In this document: positions 12,911-27,052 of the stretch, one piece after another | Layout: every line of letters starts with the position of its first letter | Numbering within the stretch: the stretch's first letter is position 1 | Source: Octopus sinensis | Taxonomy: Eukaryota | Assembly (NCBI RefSeq): GCF_006345805.1 | Contig: NC_043006.1 | Location: forward strand, 64,542,001 to 64,606,000 | Direction: 5' to 3' | Length of the DNA: 64,000 nt | The notes under the pieces: model-generated | Seen by the model: only the letters and a program-made list of their open reading frames with translations | Databases searched by the model: none | What the model was told of the DNA's origin: nothing | Made by a program: the position numbers and the translations under genes

Positions 12911-14555
12911 CTCGTTCAGCGTCCGAGCATTGCTGACTTGTGGATGTTTGTTAAACAGCTGTTATTCGCGTGTAAGGGCGAACTCGGTTAACAGCTGAGC
13001 CTACAGCAAATACCGCCCCACTGCCCTGGACAAGCAAGTTTTCTCCTGCTGGTTGTTGTTAGGGCTTAAGAGGTTGTGTCGCGGATGCGATTGAAAATAC
13101 TGAGTATACTTTCCCCATTGGCCAGGCCGTTATCAAAGTTTTCAAGTTCCACTTGTAGAAAGAGGTGAAAGCGGAGAGGGAAATACTGCACTCCAATAAA
13201 TCTGAAAAGCTGAATGAGAATAGCAAATCCAGTCTAAATTAAGAGACGTATTATTAGCTAGTATGTGTCTGTAGACCAGGAAACACAATTAAGAGGGAAA
13301 ACTTATTGCTGGTATCAGGGTAATCCTGAATCTGTAGAGTTTGATTGGACCCACGTAGAAGTCCTCCTTTCTGGAGATTTATCATGTTTTGTACACCTTC
13401 CCCCTCTTTTGATTTCATTGTGAAAGCACACACACATACACACATTCTGTAACCTCCCCCTGTAATGTCTCTTTATTCGTTACCGCTGTGTCAAAATAGA
13501 ATGTAGGACAAATGCCTTGCGCTATTTACGGTTCTTTAGATTCTAAGTTCAAATCCTGCCGAAGTCAACTTTGCTTTTCATCCCTCCATCATCATCATCG
13601 TCATCAACAACACCACCACTGCCGCCGCCATAATAATCATCTACTGTCTCAAATCCTAGGACATGTAGGGCTGGCAGTTACCCGGGTTCTATGGCGTATA
13701 AAATGATCGAGATTACAACACTCACCATGAACGGGAGGCTAGTCTGTCACAGGGTTACTCAAGAATACAGCGCACCGCTCGGTCCGGGAAATGAAACGAC
13801 GACCTTGCAATTGTAAAACTCCCAACTGACTGGGCAACGAACCTTTCATGCCTCGAATACTAGAGGCAATGATATCGACTAACGCCATCTCCTCAAAATT
13901 GCTGGCCTTGTGCTTAAGTTAGAAACATTTATTTATTTCTCATAATTCTTTTTTTATTTATATCTTTTGCTACAGCCTTGTGTTGTATTTCGTTTTATTA
14001 TTTTTTTAATGAAGTCCTCAATTATTGAGCCTTGTGACCAATAAAAGAAAGTATTGTTATTATTGATTATAGTGGTGGAGTGACAGAAACAGGTGTGTGT
14101 CAGTCTGCAATGCCTTATCGTACTTAATCACAACCCTTTATATAATCAGTTAAAATCACGTTAGATGTCATCAACCGCTACAACCACGCCCTCTTGCGCA
14201 ATCAGTGAGGGAGCTTCTATTGGTCATTCGACCTTACTAGCTAGCAGCAGACAATAGACGTGATCTCATCTCAATTACACCTTGCCGTCTTACATAACGC
14301 GACACATTCGACAATGTAATCCAGGGTGCACAATGCCTGAAAAGGATATATGTTGGTCATAACGGGAAGAGCTTTGATAATAGTTTTTGTTCAACCAGGA
14401 CTGACCCTGGGCTATAAACAACAAACAAAAGTATCCGTCCCTCCGAACAAGGACGTTACATCGACCTCCCACCGTATCCATCCAGTCTGCCTCTCTCTCT
14501 CTTCCTTCCAGCACCTTCTCCCAATCCTTCCATAGAAATATCAGACCTCGAGGAT

Positions 14556-14586
<31 letters not shown>

Positions 14587-15652
14587 ATCTCTCTCTCTCT
14601 CTCCATCTATCTATCTATCTATCTGTGTTCCTCATCCCAGGTCAGGCTGATCCAGAAGATCTTATAAATAAAAGTGTACCAGTCCCTCCCTTCTATCGCA
14701 TGTCCCTTTTTAGAATATCTGGGATCAATCCCACTGTGTGGCACCCTTCTACTATGACCCCACACACTGACCAACCAATGCCTTTGTAGTGAATGTGGTA
14801 GACGAAACAGCCCATCGGGTATGTGTGCGCGCGAATGCGCGTATGTGTGTGCATGTAAGGTCCCATATATATCTGTACAGCAGTGGTTCAAAAACATCAT
14901 TTAATTGCGTTTATTCATGCTCCTTCTGGACAAAAAAGAAACTCCCTCAAAAAGTGTTTAAAATCTAAAAATTAAGGACGAAAAGTCCCAAAAGACCAGC
15001 CATTTGAAATATCTGGAAAATATAAGACAAAACATATGGGAGTCATAAGCCAACTGGTGTAAGCCAAGAATTATGTAGAGGTCTACCAGAAGAGTGAAGT
15101 ATATTCTTGTGAAGTATATTCTTACTTAACTGATAAGACTTAGAAGTGATCAGCGTGTGGCATGTGTATGTATACATTGTTCGCGCGCGCTTGTTTGTGT
15201 TGACAGTCCGATGAAGGCTAGAACAGGCCCAAAATTCGAAGTCACTTTCGACATTATTGTTAGTGAATATTATATATAAGTCTACAGAAAGTATTGAGTA
15301 ATGCTTCAGTTTGAAGTAAAATTACAAACAACATTACTATATACCGACATGTGGATATGTGTGTGTGTAGAGAGAGAGAAAGTGAGAGTATAAATGATAT
15401 CGAATATCGACCATTAAGCGTCTATTTTATACACACACATTATATACAGACGGACAGATAGAGAGAGAGAAAGAAAGAGAGAAAGAGAGATTAAAAAAGA
15501 GACGGAGAGAGACCGGTATACATTATGGCGAGCAACTTATCCGTTTAGAAAACACTTGTTGGATTTATTCGTTGGGCGGGAAATTTTATGTCCCCCTTTA
15601 AGAGAGCGTAGGTATGGTGGTAATATTACATACATACATAAACGCACACACG

Positions 15653-15748
<96 letters not shown>

Positions 15749-16437
15749 TATATATATATTATATACACGCACAAACATAGATATATACTTCATCAGTTAA
15801 CATCCGCCTTCATATAAAAAAAAAGCCCGAGCGGGGTGGCAGTGTAATGGAGCACATGAGACAGAGAAGAAGCCAAGTGATTAGAGAAGGGAATAAGGAC
15901 AGGCATATTGGTAGGAAAAAAAAAATGTTTCCCCTGCGAAGCTGTTAACTTGCTTTTCAAATATAGCGCAGACCACACACACACGCACACATACACGACG
16001 ATACAAGGAAAGAGAATAGTGCCTTTATAAAGCTACTTCAGGTACACTCGACATTGTTAGAACAATTGATCAGTGTTCCTATCTGACTCCCTTATCCCAT
16101 CGAAGAACAGCGCCAGTGTATATATATATATATATATTACACACACACATATATATATACATTTGTACACCACTGATCCGCTTCCACACCCTCTGTGACC
16201 TAGGAATTGGTAAAAGAAACAAGACTTGTCAAGAATAGAGCGAGGAGGAGAGAGAAAAGGATAGATAAAACAGACTTGTTAAATAAACTGATAGACAAAG
16301 TTAAGAGAGACAGATTTGTAGTTTAAACACAGCCGGGGAGATAGGAAGCTAAACGAAGACAATCGGTAGATATGTGCTAAGAAGAGTTAAGATAAATAAT
16401 TAGATAAACAAATAAAGAGAGACAAGCGTGGGGGGGG

Positions 16438-16481
<44 letters not shown>

Positions 16482-17145
16482 ATCGTTGTTACTACACACA
16501 CACACACACATGGGTGTGTGCGTGTGCGCGCGCGCGTATTTCATATACAAAGAACTTCGTAGAACTTCTGAATTCGTGTGAAACTACTCTTAACTGATAC
16601 AAGAGTCTACAGGTATGTGTGCGCGCGCGTTTTGAATGTGAGGGTGTGTACATGATGTTGTGTGAGGTATATATATATATCGTATGTGATTCCTCTTCGT
16701 TAAAATAAAACACCGCCTCAGCCGGACTTATACATATACCACCTGCTGATGGGAAAGGCAAGCACAAAGGACGCATATTATACTACTTTTGAGAGAGAGT
16801 GTGTGTGTGTGTTCCAACCAGACCAAGCAGTACTGTGACGCTCACGCGCAGCTGCCATTGAAGGAAGGCTAAGCTAGTTTACATGTCAGTCAACCAGCTG
16901 GTTTGCTTAAGAGACAGACTATGACACACATACACACACACACATGCACACCACTACGTTTCAAACTTGACTACCTTTCCACTATTCACCACAGCTACTT
17001 GCGTCCCAGACAGCCAACCTCACTGCTTTCACTCAGACGGACAGTCATTCCAGTACCTAACTACCACCACCACTCATATTTGGATGGAACGGCTATTCCA
17101 CCTGTCACCAACGCTCACATTCAAACGAATAACCTCTTCACTCAC

Positions 17146-17278
17146 CTTCAAAACAGACAGCTTTCCTGTCGCTTACACTCAAGCGCAAAAAATGCCCCAT
17201 GTTCATCCACTCCGTAAATCCAGATGCGTAGGTTTTCCTCACTTTCATAATAAGATGTCCCAAGACAAAGATAGCCAC
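17146..17278 (-). CDS. candidate internal coding exon (133 nt, unidentified)
   Basis: Acceptor ttgtctttacttcag|G and consensus donor GAAG|GTGAGT. The phase-0 frame is open: VAIFVLGHLIMKVRKTYASGFTEWMNMGHFLRLSVSDRKAVCFE. An alternative donor at 17176 gives a 102-nt phase 1-1 exon, GYLCLGTSYYESEENLRIWIYGVDEHGAFFALE. Confidence 0.4.
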
Positions 17279-17372
17279 CTGAAGTAAAGACAACTCGAAC
17301 TTCTGATTCTATGATAAAGGGTTCCAACCAAACTAAAACTATGGAGTTCACACATTAACGACGCTACTTACT

Positions 17373-17744
17373 ATAGGCGCACGCGTGACCGTGGTAAGAA
17401 CTTTGCTTCCCAAACACATGGCACAGGGTTCAGCACCACGGTGTAGCACCTTGGGCAAGTCCTTCTACTATATACCCTCGAGGCGACCAGAGCCTTGACA
17501 GTGGATTTGGTAGACGGAAACTGAAAGAAACCCATCGTGTGTATGGGTGCGTATTTGCTCCCACCACCACTTGACAACCGGTGTTGGTATTTATGTCCAC
17601 GTAACTTGGAGGTTCGACAAAAGAGACCTTTAGAGTAACCCTAACCCTTAAGCTTTACAAAAGGGAATAAGTACTTAAGACGATTCGTTCGACTGATATT
17701 CTTCAAGACATGGACACAGTCTAATGAAGTAAAAGATAAAAGAT
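17373..17744 (+). mobile_element. CORE-like SINE, family A
   Basis: gtggtaagaactttgcttccc...caccttgggcaagtccttctacta...ggatttggtagacggaaactgaaagaa...cttgacaaccggtgttgg. Confidence 0.85.
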
Positions 17745-18640
17745 ATCTCGCCCCAGAGCAGACCATCCCATCATTTTAAGTGCCTCTGGGACAACATTAT
17801 CCAGTACAAGGTCAAGTATTTGTTGCGGTGTGGCAGGCAGCTTGTGTGTCTCAATGACCCTGAGAGCTACATCAGCGAAGCACTAGTTCCAGGTCGGGTC
17901 TCTCATGTCTAGACAGGTCAAAGCATAAAGGCCAAACTAATAGCCTTTCTACTATAGCAAGAAATCCTGACATTTCAGGAGGGGATTTAGTCGATCACGT
18001 CGACCCTAAGGTGCAAATAGTACTTTCTTTGATCGACCCCGAAAGAATGAAAGGCAAATTCGACCTAAGCTGAATTTGAACCGAAAATGTTTTTAGATGG
18101 ACAAAATGCCGCTAAGCATTTAACCAGGCGTGCCAACCATTCTGTCAGCTGGGAGTCTCTAGGCCAGACTTAATATCGAACTCGAGAAGTGATATTAAGA
18201 GGCATCCAAAAGTCAGTGATGGGGGATAAAAGTAGGCAGGATCAATCCAATCGCCCAGAAATTCATGACGCCATGGGTCGAGACAAAAACCACCCACCCA
18301 GAAAGAAGGAAAAACAACAGTGGCATCGGCGGGATTTGAAACCGTTACTAATAATGATTTTTCATTTAGGCACAAAACTTACAATTTTGAGAAGAACGGG
18401 TTAGTCAATAGCATTCAGCCCAGTTAATTCGGTTAGTACTTTATTTTGCCAACCCCGAAAGGATGAAGGGCGAAGTTGAACTTCGACAGGAGAGTTAGAA
18501 TAAATAACGCAAGGTATTTTGTTCTTCACTCTAATTAATGATGCTGCCAATTTCACGTCTATATTTGTTTTAAGAAGGAAGGTAGAGTGTGATTTGAGGA
18601 AAACATCGCTGCTATGTCTAGCAAGTCGAGCGACCTCGTA

Positions 18641-18689
<49 letters not shown>

Positions 18690-18784
18690 AGTATATGTAT
18701 ATATACTGCGCCCCAGCATGGCCACAGCCTTTGGGCTGAAACACGTAAAAAAGAATATGCATGTGCGCGTATATCTATTCACAT

Positions 18785-18935
18785 ACTTGTTTCACTCACT
18801 GAACGACGGTTATGCTGGGGCATTTGGTTTGAAACGGTTTAGTCGTTCAGATCGAACTTTTGTAACTTATTCTATATCTGCTGCTTACTCTACCGTTTTT
18901 GGCGAAACAACTTGTTACAGCGATGTAAACAAACC

Positions 18936-18969
<34 letters not shown>

Positions 18970-19095
18970 CGCGCGCGCGCTTGATGAGCTTCTGCACAAT
19001 TTCCGTCCACCAAATTCATTCACAGAGCAATTATCGCCTAAGGTGTCCGCACAGTAGGACTGAACCCGAAACTATGTGATTGCGAAGCAAAAATT
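18785..19095 (-). mobile_element. CORE-like SINE, family A
   Basis: Reverse-oriented family A motifs around an internal (CA)n(CG)n tract. Confidence 0.75.
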
Positions 19096-20482
19096 TTTAA
19101 TCAAATACGTACACTATATATATATATACATATATATACACATACACACATCTACATATGTACACATACACAGAGGCGCGCGCGCGCACACAGAGAAATC
19201 GTCGTACTGCGACATGGAGGTCTCGGTGACCCGCTTTCAAATCCCAGCTGTTACTGCTTCTGACGTCGCCAACGATGATCGTGTCCAGGAATAGCTGTAC
19301 ATCACAACTTCCCACTTTCCATCCTCTCTTGATGATACTATGATTGATGTATGACGGCAGCGATAAAAAGAAAAAAAACAAGAAAAAAAACAAAAAAAGA
19401 CAACCGCTATTTATGAGACAATAATAACCAGCACCACCGTCATCAACAAGAGCGCACAGAGATGCTACTGCTACAACAGGTGATGATGATGGCGGCGACG
19501 ACGACGGTGGTGGCGTTGGCGAGAAGGTGACGTAGTCGTGGTTTGTTTGGGTGAAGCTACTTTTAACCAGTTCTTGTAGCATTACATCACACCGATGGAA
19601 TACACACATATGCCTACACACAAACATATATATAAAACGTACACAACATACATTACATAAAAATGCACAACACACGCACACAGCAATGCAGTTGAGCAAT
19701 TATTGAAGCAAAGCTAAAGCGTGTGTGAATAGAAATGTGCATATATATATATATAATATACATATTCAAAAACTACACAAGACACTAAAGAAACACGCGT
19801 AAAAACACACAAAACATGCTCTTTCCTCGTCAGTAATCGTCCAAAAATCAACAATTTCATGCCTTTAACGATACACACACGTCCTTAACTACACCGGATT
19901 AAACGCACGTATATACGTCACACGCAATAATTAAACGTAGCCCCAGTAATGCATAATATAACGCCCACATTGAGTAAACAGACAGTGTATATCTAGAACT
20001 AGTTAGCCATTATTTCAACCACACATATATATGCATGGACACCCCATCATCATCATCATCATCATCACATATACATGCATGTACAACCATCCCCCACATA
20101 CATTACACATGCATGGAAACCAACTGCACGTAGGTACATGCATGCGCACAAGCTACTTTACACAGTTACTTGTCTCAGCAAACATTATTATAATGCACGC
20201 TAGCACATCCACAAACAAACACGTTATATGCCGAAATAGCGGAAATCGTGAATAGACTTTAGTCTAGAACCATCGATTGACTTCAGAGCAGATAAAATGG
20301 GGGAAGGGTGGGTTAAAAGAGAAGAGAGAGAGAGAGAGAGAGAGATTAAGAATAAGAAATGCTATACATATACATAAAATGAAGGGGTGGTAGGAAAGCG
20401 CTGGAGAGACAGAGAACATTTGGTAAATAGGGAGGGAGTGAGGAGACCCAGAACAGACGGCAGATGAAGCCTACATACATTT

Positions 20483-20529
<47 letters not shown>

Positions 20530-21673
20530 ATTAATGATGAAAATCTGTTAGAAGTAATAAACTGAGACAGGCAGACAACAGATGGTGTGTATGTAGATAG
20601 ATAGATACATAGATAGGACAGATAGATAAGCACTCGCACGCGCAGACGAAAAAGCAGAGGGGTTAAAGGAATATATACGGTTAAGAGAAATGTATATATG
20701 CGTAAAAAGTAATATAGTGCAAGTGTGTGTATTATGTATATGTATATATGTATATCATGTTTCAAATTTTGGTACAAAGTCAGCGGGAAGGAGCTAGTCG
20801 ATTATATCGACCCTAGTAGTGTTTGACTGGTACTTTATTTTAGTGACCCCCGAAAAGCTGAAAGGCGAAGTTGGCATCGGCGGGATTTGTACTCCGAACG
20901 TAAACAGCCAGAAATGCAGTTAAGCATTTTATCCGACGCGCTAATGATATATTATTATACACACATACACATATAGAGAGAGAAAGGAGAGAGACAGAGA
21001 GAAGCATTCAGATAGACAGACAGAAGAAGTGGGGAGAATTTTGTGAACAGGTGAAATAGAATTCAAATACTTAAAGTGTGAATTGCCGATACTTAAGCAG
21101 TGTTCGGTTTCTCATACCAAAGCTAACTGTGGGGAAAACCCAAAGAATTTAAGCTCACTGCATTAAAAAAATTGCTCCACAGTTAAATTTAGTATAAAAC
21201 ATTAACGATGAAACTACGGAGGAAGGCGACACGAATAACACGCGAATGGCAGAGAGGAAGAAGAGAAGAAGAAAAAGTAAAGCTGGAAAGACAACAATTT
21301 GCCGCCAAATGGTGAATTTAGACACAATTTCTTTGATAATAATTCAAACCAATTCGATCAACAACCATCGCTAATTTAGCAATTCTAGTGATTTTTAACC
21401 CTAATGGAAAGAGCTAGCTTTTGTAGCTTTCGGTTTTTATTTTATTTATTATTTTTTTTTTGGCCTTTCCAAAATAAAGCAACAAGTGTCCAAAAGCATG
21501 GAAGAGAGAGACAATAATAATGTTCAGTCAACCACATACACAAAACTGAACGGGTTCGTGAGCAATTTTGAGGTTTGAAGTACATATTTTTCATGGGAGA
21601 TGGGGGGGGGGGTGCGGAAGTGAGACTCCATTATTTAAGCTTCTGACAAAAGGCAAGCGATCGGGAAGATTAA

Positions 21674-21963
21674 GAAGGCGTGTGGCGTAGCGGTTAGGGT
21701 CTTCGGTTCCCGATCGTAAGGTCCGGAGTTTCGATACTCGGCGGCACATTGGGTCCCCGACCAAGACACTTTATTTCACGTATCTCTCGTCTACTAATCT
21801 GGCACCTGTATTTCAAAGGACCGGTTTTGTCACGTTGAATTATTCGTTATGGGTACGCGTTATCTGTGAAATGCTTGGTCACTTGCACGTTGATTTCACG
21901 AGGAGGCCGACCCGTTGATCAGATCAACTAGAACCTTCATCATCGTAACCGACAACGTGCCGG
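21674..21963 (+). mobile_element. tRNA-derived SINE, family C
   Basis: A box tggcgtagcgg, B-box-like gtttcgatact, and tail catcgtaaccgacaacgtgcc homologous to the 9013-9411 copy. Confidence 0.8.
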
Positions 21964-22569
21964 TTTAATAGCTCCTCCACACATGAAACGACTGGCCATA
22001 CTGAAGCTGAGAAAGTTTAAACATATTTCACCTTTTACTTTTGTATTTGTTATTGGACTGATACAATTAAAAGGCTAGGCCGGGGCGTGGTCTTCATAAG
22101 ACTAGCCGAAAACAAATAAACCCCAGGAGATTACTTTTTGGTCCTTTTTTTCCCTCTAGTTTCCCTCTCCCCCTTTTTAAAGTATCGTACCTCTATTGAT
22201 CTCTTTTGCCGAATCGCTGTCTTACAGGCATGTAAACAAACTGACACCGGATGTCGAACACATGGTCTCACACACACCGAGGCTCCATGCAGTTTCTGCC
22301 AACCAAATTCAGTCACAAGGCATTGGTCAGTGCCGCACAGTAAGACTGAACCCGAAACAACGTGGTTGTAAAATGAACTTCTTTACCCCACAGTTTATGA
22401 TCACAAATTTAAATGAATGCTCGAAATGAGGAGTAGACAGCCGACAACTGATGACGGGTCCTTTCTCTGTGTTTACTTGTCCTGTTTTTCATTTTTTTTT
22501 TCGCGTTGCTTACGTATTAACCCGTTTGTTTACGTATTTCATGTTATTTGCACCGTTGGTGACGTCCTG

Positions 22570-22612
<43 letters not shown>

Positions 22613-23189
22613 TAATACGTAAGCAACGCGAAAAAGAAAATGCAATATATATATATTCATTCATTCATTTAACATTACATCCAATCCACTTTGGTAGCTT
22701 CTGTCTACCAAATCCACTTAAACAGGGTTTCATCGGCCGACAGTAGAAGGCACCCAAGGCGAAGAAATACAGAACCTGACAAAAAACATGACAACCAAGC
22801 TGAAAAGAGCTCAAAATATTCATGAACGCATTACGTTTGTAATAACGTGAGAAGACGAGTCCAAATCCCGTTGACATCATCTTCGTTTTTCATCCCTGAG
22901 GGATCTATAAAAGAAGCTGAGCTCCCTCCTCTAAAATTATAGGACATTTGTTAAAACTTTGAAACCATTATTATTGATGTCAATAAAGACGGGGAGCTGG
23001 ACAAAATGTTTAGCAGCATTTCATTTGGATCTCTTACGTTCCGAGTTCAAATGCCACCCAAATCGACTTCCGTTTCCATCTTTTCGAGGTCGATAAACAA
23101 ATACCAGTCGAGCAATGGTATCGATGAAATCCACTTTTCTAACCCTTAAAACTGCTGGCCTTGTGCCAAAATTAGAATTATTAGCATAG

Positions 23190-23410
23190 GAGTGGCGCAT
23201 TGCGTAGTAGATTATGTGTTGGACTCATGATCGTAAGATCTTGGTTTCGAGTCCTGGGCTGGATGATGTGTTGTCTTCTTGGGCAAGACACTTCGTTTAA
23301 CCTTGTTCCAGTCCACTCAGCTAGCAAAAATGAGTAATCCTTGTGACAGACTGGCATCCCCTCCAGGGATGAATATATACGCCAGAGAAACCTGAAAACC
23401 GGTCCTATGC
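23190..23410 (+). mobile_element. tRNA-derived SINE (family C-like head)
   Basis: ggtttcgagtcc B box; ttgggcaagacacttcgtttaaccttgttccagtccactcagctagcaaaaatgagta; gacagactggcatcccctccaggg, also seen at about 62715. Confidence 0.7.
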
Positions 23411-23656
23411 TCCTTACAGATTAATGTGGACTAACCAAAGGAGTAGTGGATTAGCAGAAACGGTAGGGTGTCCGATCACAATTTCTAGTATTATTTGAGC
23501 CAGATTTTAATATTTTAAGCTCAAATCTCACTAAAAGCATCTTTACCTTTTCAGCCTTCTGTGATCGACAACATAAACTATCGATCAAGCCCTGGGATCG
23601 ATTAAATCCAATCTCTTCCCTCAAATTATCGTCTTGTGCTTATGTTGGAAATTATT

Positions 23657-24015
23657 TCAAATTTTGACACAAGACCAGCAGTTTTTGGGGAGAGGAGGTT
23701 CGTCGATTAAATCAACTCTAGTTGAGCACTAGAGAGGATGAAAGGCAAAATTGGCCTCGGCCGAATTTGAGCTCAGAACATCAACACGAACGAAATACCT
23801 ATTTCTTTACTACCCACAAGGGGCTAAACACGGAGAGGACAAACAAGGACAGACAAACGGATTAAGTCAATTAGATCGACTCCAGTGCCTAACTGGTACT
23901 TAATTTATCGACCTCGAAAGGATGAAAGGCAAAGTCGACCTCGGCGGAATTTGAACCCAGAACGTAACGGCATTTCGCCCGGCGTGCTAACGTCTCTGCC
24001 AGCTCGCCGACTTAC
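23657..24015 (-). mobile_element. dimeric family B SINE with 15-bp flanking direct repeat
   Basis: A young unit fused to an older unit at aatacc 23794-23799; atgttggaaattatt occurs at 23642-23656 and 24016-24030. Confidence 0.85.
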
Positions 24016-24258
24016 ATGTTGGAAATTATTAGCATTATAAAGGGGTTTACGAATAAATGGGAAGGGTTACAGCGACAGTGAAAATAATTTACAGTATTGA
24101 GGTAACTTCCCAAGTTCAAATCCAGCGTAGATCTTATTTTGCCTATCATCCTTCACGAGTTAAAACCACATTGCAGTCATTAAGTGAGATCCATTCTACT
24201 CTTAAGTCGATAGAATGGATCCTATAATATATCGAGGTATGCCTCTAAGTGTGTGTGT

Positions 24259-24584
24259 GTAGTCGCAGGCGTGGTTACGTGGTAAGAGCCATATGGTTCT
24301 ATGTTCAGTCCCACTGTGTGGCATCTAGGCTGTCTTATACTATATAGCTTCAAGCCGACAAAAACCTTGAGAGTGGATTTGGTAGACGGTAACCGAAAGA
24401 AGCCTGTGTGTCTGCCACAACCGCTTGACAACTGATAGTGGTGTGTTTATGTCCCCGTAACTTAGAGACTCGGCAAGACACCTTAAAAGAATAGTAAGTA
24501 CTGGCGTCGACTCATTCCACTGAAAATTCCTCAAGGCGGTGCTCCAGCATGGCCACAGTCTAATGACCGAAACAAGAAAGATAG
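24259..24584 (+). mobile_element. CORE-like SINE, family A
   Basis: Family A head, core and 3' motifs (gcggtgctccagcatggccacagtc). Confidence 0.85.
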
Positions 24585-25270
24585 GATATATATATATAAA
24601 CGTACACAAACCGTACGTACGTTCCAGCACATGTACGTTGCGTGTGACGTAAGGGAAATAAAACGTCTGCTCAGTAAACAAGCTGTTTTCGGTTCCTGCC
24701 AGCGAGTCCATTATTATTTTTAGCTTCAGTAATTTAAAAATATATACCATTTATCACACACACACACATACACACGCACAAACACACACACAGAGTATAC
24801 TGTGCACAACTGTATTTGGATTAGATGTGTGTGTGTGTGGACTTAAAGCTAGGTTTTAAAACTTCATCAGGCCTTTTTTTGTGCGTCTTAAGCGGAGAGG
24901 GGTACATTTTCTATGGCAAACATTTAGGCCAGGTTCTCAGTGTGAGAAGAATAAGCTTTGCTCCAACAGGTATCGCAGTACCACCCACCATTTCTTATGG
25001 TTTCATGCTCTGATGAGTCCAAACTCCGCCGAGATCGACTTTGACTTCTATTGTTTCGGGGGCGATAAAAAAAGTACTGGTCTAGTCAATGTAATCGACT
25101 GGCCCCTTCTCACACATTTCATGTTTTGTGCTTAAAATAGGTTTATTATCAGACAGACGTTACAGAGTCACTGGAGGCCAGAATGTTTCGTTCGAAGGCA
25201 CTTATAAATGCACGAAACTCTCGGCCCTCGAATCACTTTGTAGCGCCTGCCGATTAACAATAATAACAAC

Positions 25271-25309
<39 letters not shown>

Positions 25310-25357
25310 GGATAGATGGATGGATGGATCAAAGTACAGGTGAGGATCTAAACCTCG

Positions 25358-25517
25358 GAGGGATTTGTGGCTGTGGTAAGTAGCCTGCTTACCAACCACA
25401 TGGTTCCGGATTCCGTCCCACTGCATGGCACCTTGGCCAAGTGTCTTCTACTATAGCCTTATGTCGACCAAAACCTTGAGCGAATTTGGTAGACGGAGAC
25501 TGAAAAGAAGCCCGTCG

Positions 25518-25562
<45 letters not shown>

Positions 25563-25796
25563 TATATATATGCATGTATGTATGCATATGTTTGTATCTG
25601 TGTTTGTCCTCCTCAACATCGCTTGACAACCGATGCTGGTGTGTTTACGTCCCAATAATTTAGCGGTTCAGCAAAAGGCACCGATAGGATAACTACTGGG
25701 CTTACAAAGAACAAGTCCTGGGGTCAATTTGTTCGTCTAAAAGCGGTGCTCCAACATGGACATAGTCAAATGACTGAAACAAGTAAAATAAAAGAG
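25358..25796 (+). mobile_element. CORE-like SINE, family A, well preserved, with internal (TA)n(TG)n
   Basis: ggttccggattccgtccc B box, caccttggccaagtgtcttctactatagcc core, gaagcccgtcg-(TA)n(TG)n, and 3' gcggtgctccaacatgg...gaaacaagtaaaa. Confidence 0.9.
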
Positions 25797-26540
25797 TGTT
25801 TTTTAGTTCTATTTTCCTGTTTGTATCAAGTAATATGTATGCATGCATGTATGTATGTATGTATGTATGTATGTATGTATGTATGTATGTATGTATGTAG
25901 TATGTATGTATGTATGTATGTATGCAAAAAAAAATCGCACGAACAGAGTCACCTTTTGATCATGAAAGCGATTTCAGTAACGACTCATAGGCACTAATTG
26001 CCTTAAAAGCAACGGGGAGACAGCTGATACGACTAAAGAACCCATATCTTACAGAAACAAGACCATTTAATCAGAGAACTGGTTTCGCGCATTCGCTAGT
26101 TCCCTTGGAAACTTCCCCAGCCAGCCAACCAACCAACCTACAGCACTGCACCTTTAACGTACATTAATGGAGAGGCGGTAGCGAACCAGAAGTGGATATG
26201 AGTCTAAGTACGTTGGCAAGTTACGGTTTATAATACTTGTAAAATAGGATGATAGTTCGCGTACCTGAATTTTAAAGGTGAATTTTAAATATATAAATAT
26301 AAAAACACGGCACTAAAAGCAAATCAAAAGACGAACTATATAGATATACATGTGTATTATATATGTGTGTGTATATATGTGTACATTGACCTGCCTAAAT
26401 CGCTTATCTTTACATTTACTTTATATATTATTGTATATGTGTGTGTACATATACTTGTGTATGTATATATATATATATATAATATATATACATATATCTA
26501 ATGTAGGATAATGTAATTTATAAGTTATTTATAAGTTGTG

Positions 26541-26573
<33 letters not shown>

Positions 26574-26631
26574 TATTATTGTATGCGTGTGCATATATGT
26601 ATATATCTGTGTGTATATACTGTGTATGTAC

Positions 26632-26686
<55 letters not shown>

Positions 26687-26733
26687 AGCTAAACTCCGCC
26701 GCCGTCAACGCCATCACCGTCGCCGCCACTTAC

Positions 26734-26855
26734 ATTACTGAAAGTCATTCATATAAATTACTCGAAGTAAAAAGGCGCGCCTAAAAGCTAAAAATACTCC
26801 CGTCTCGATTCCGATGCCGAGCGAGGCGGGCGGTGAGGGGCGCTTTCATTGCCAG
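26734..26855 (-). other. candidate non-coding exon in a CpG-rich island
   Basis: Acceptor tgttcgtctgtgttatttccag|C and donor AAT|GTAAGT. All three frames are closed. Confidence 0.3.
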
Positions 26856-27052
26856 CTGGAAATAACACAGACGAACACATGACACACTACACGGCTGGGA
26901 ATAAAAGCATATCAGCGAAGTATAAAAACAGACAGATACATGGATAGAGATATATATACTAAGTCGGCTCTGATCGAGCACTAGTCGTGACCATTCCATC
27001 TATTTTTCAGACAGAGCACCCCAGACTACATCATATTATGTAGTCTTTTATC

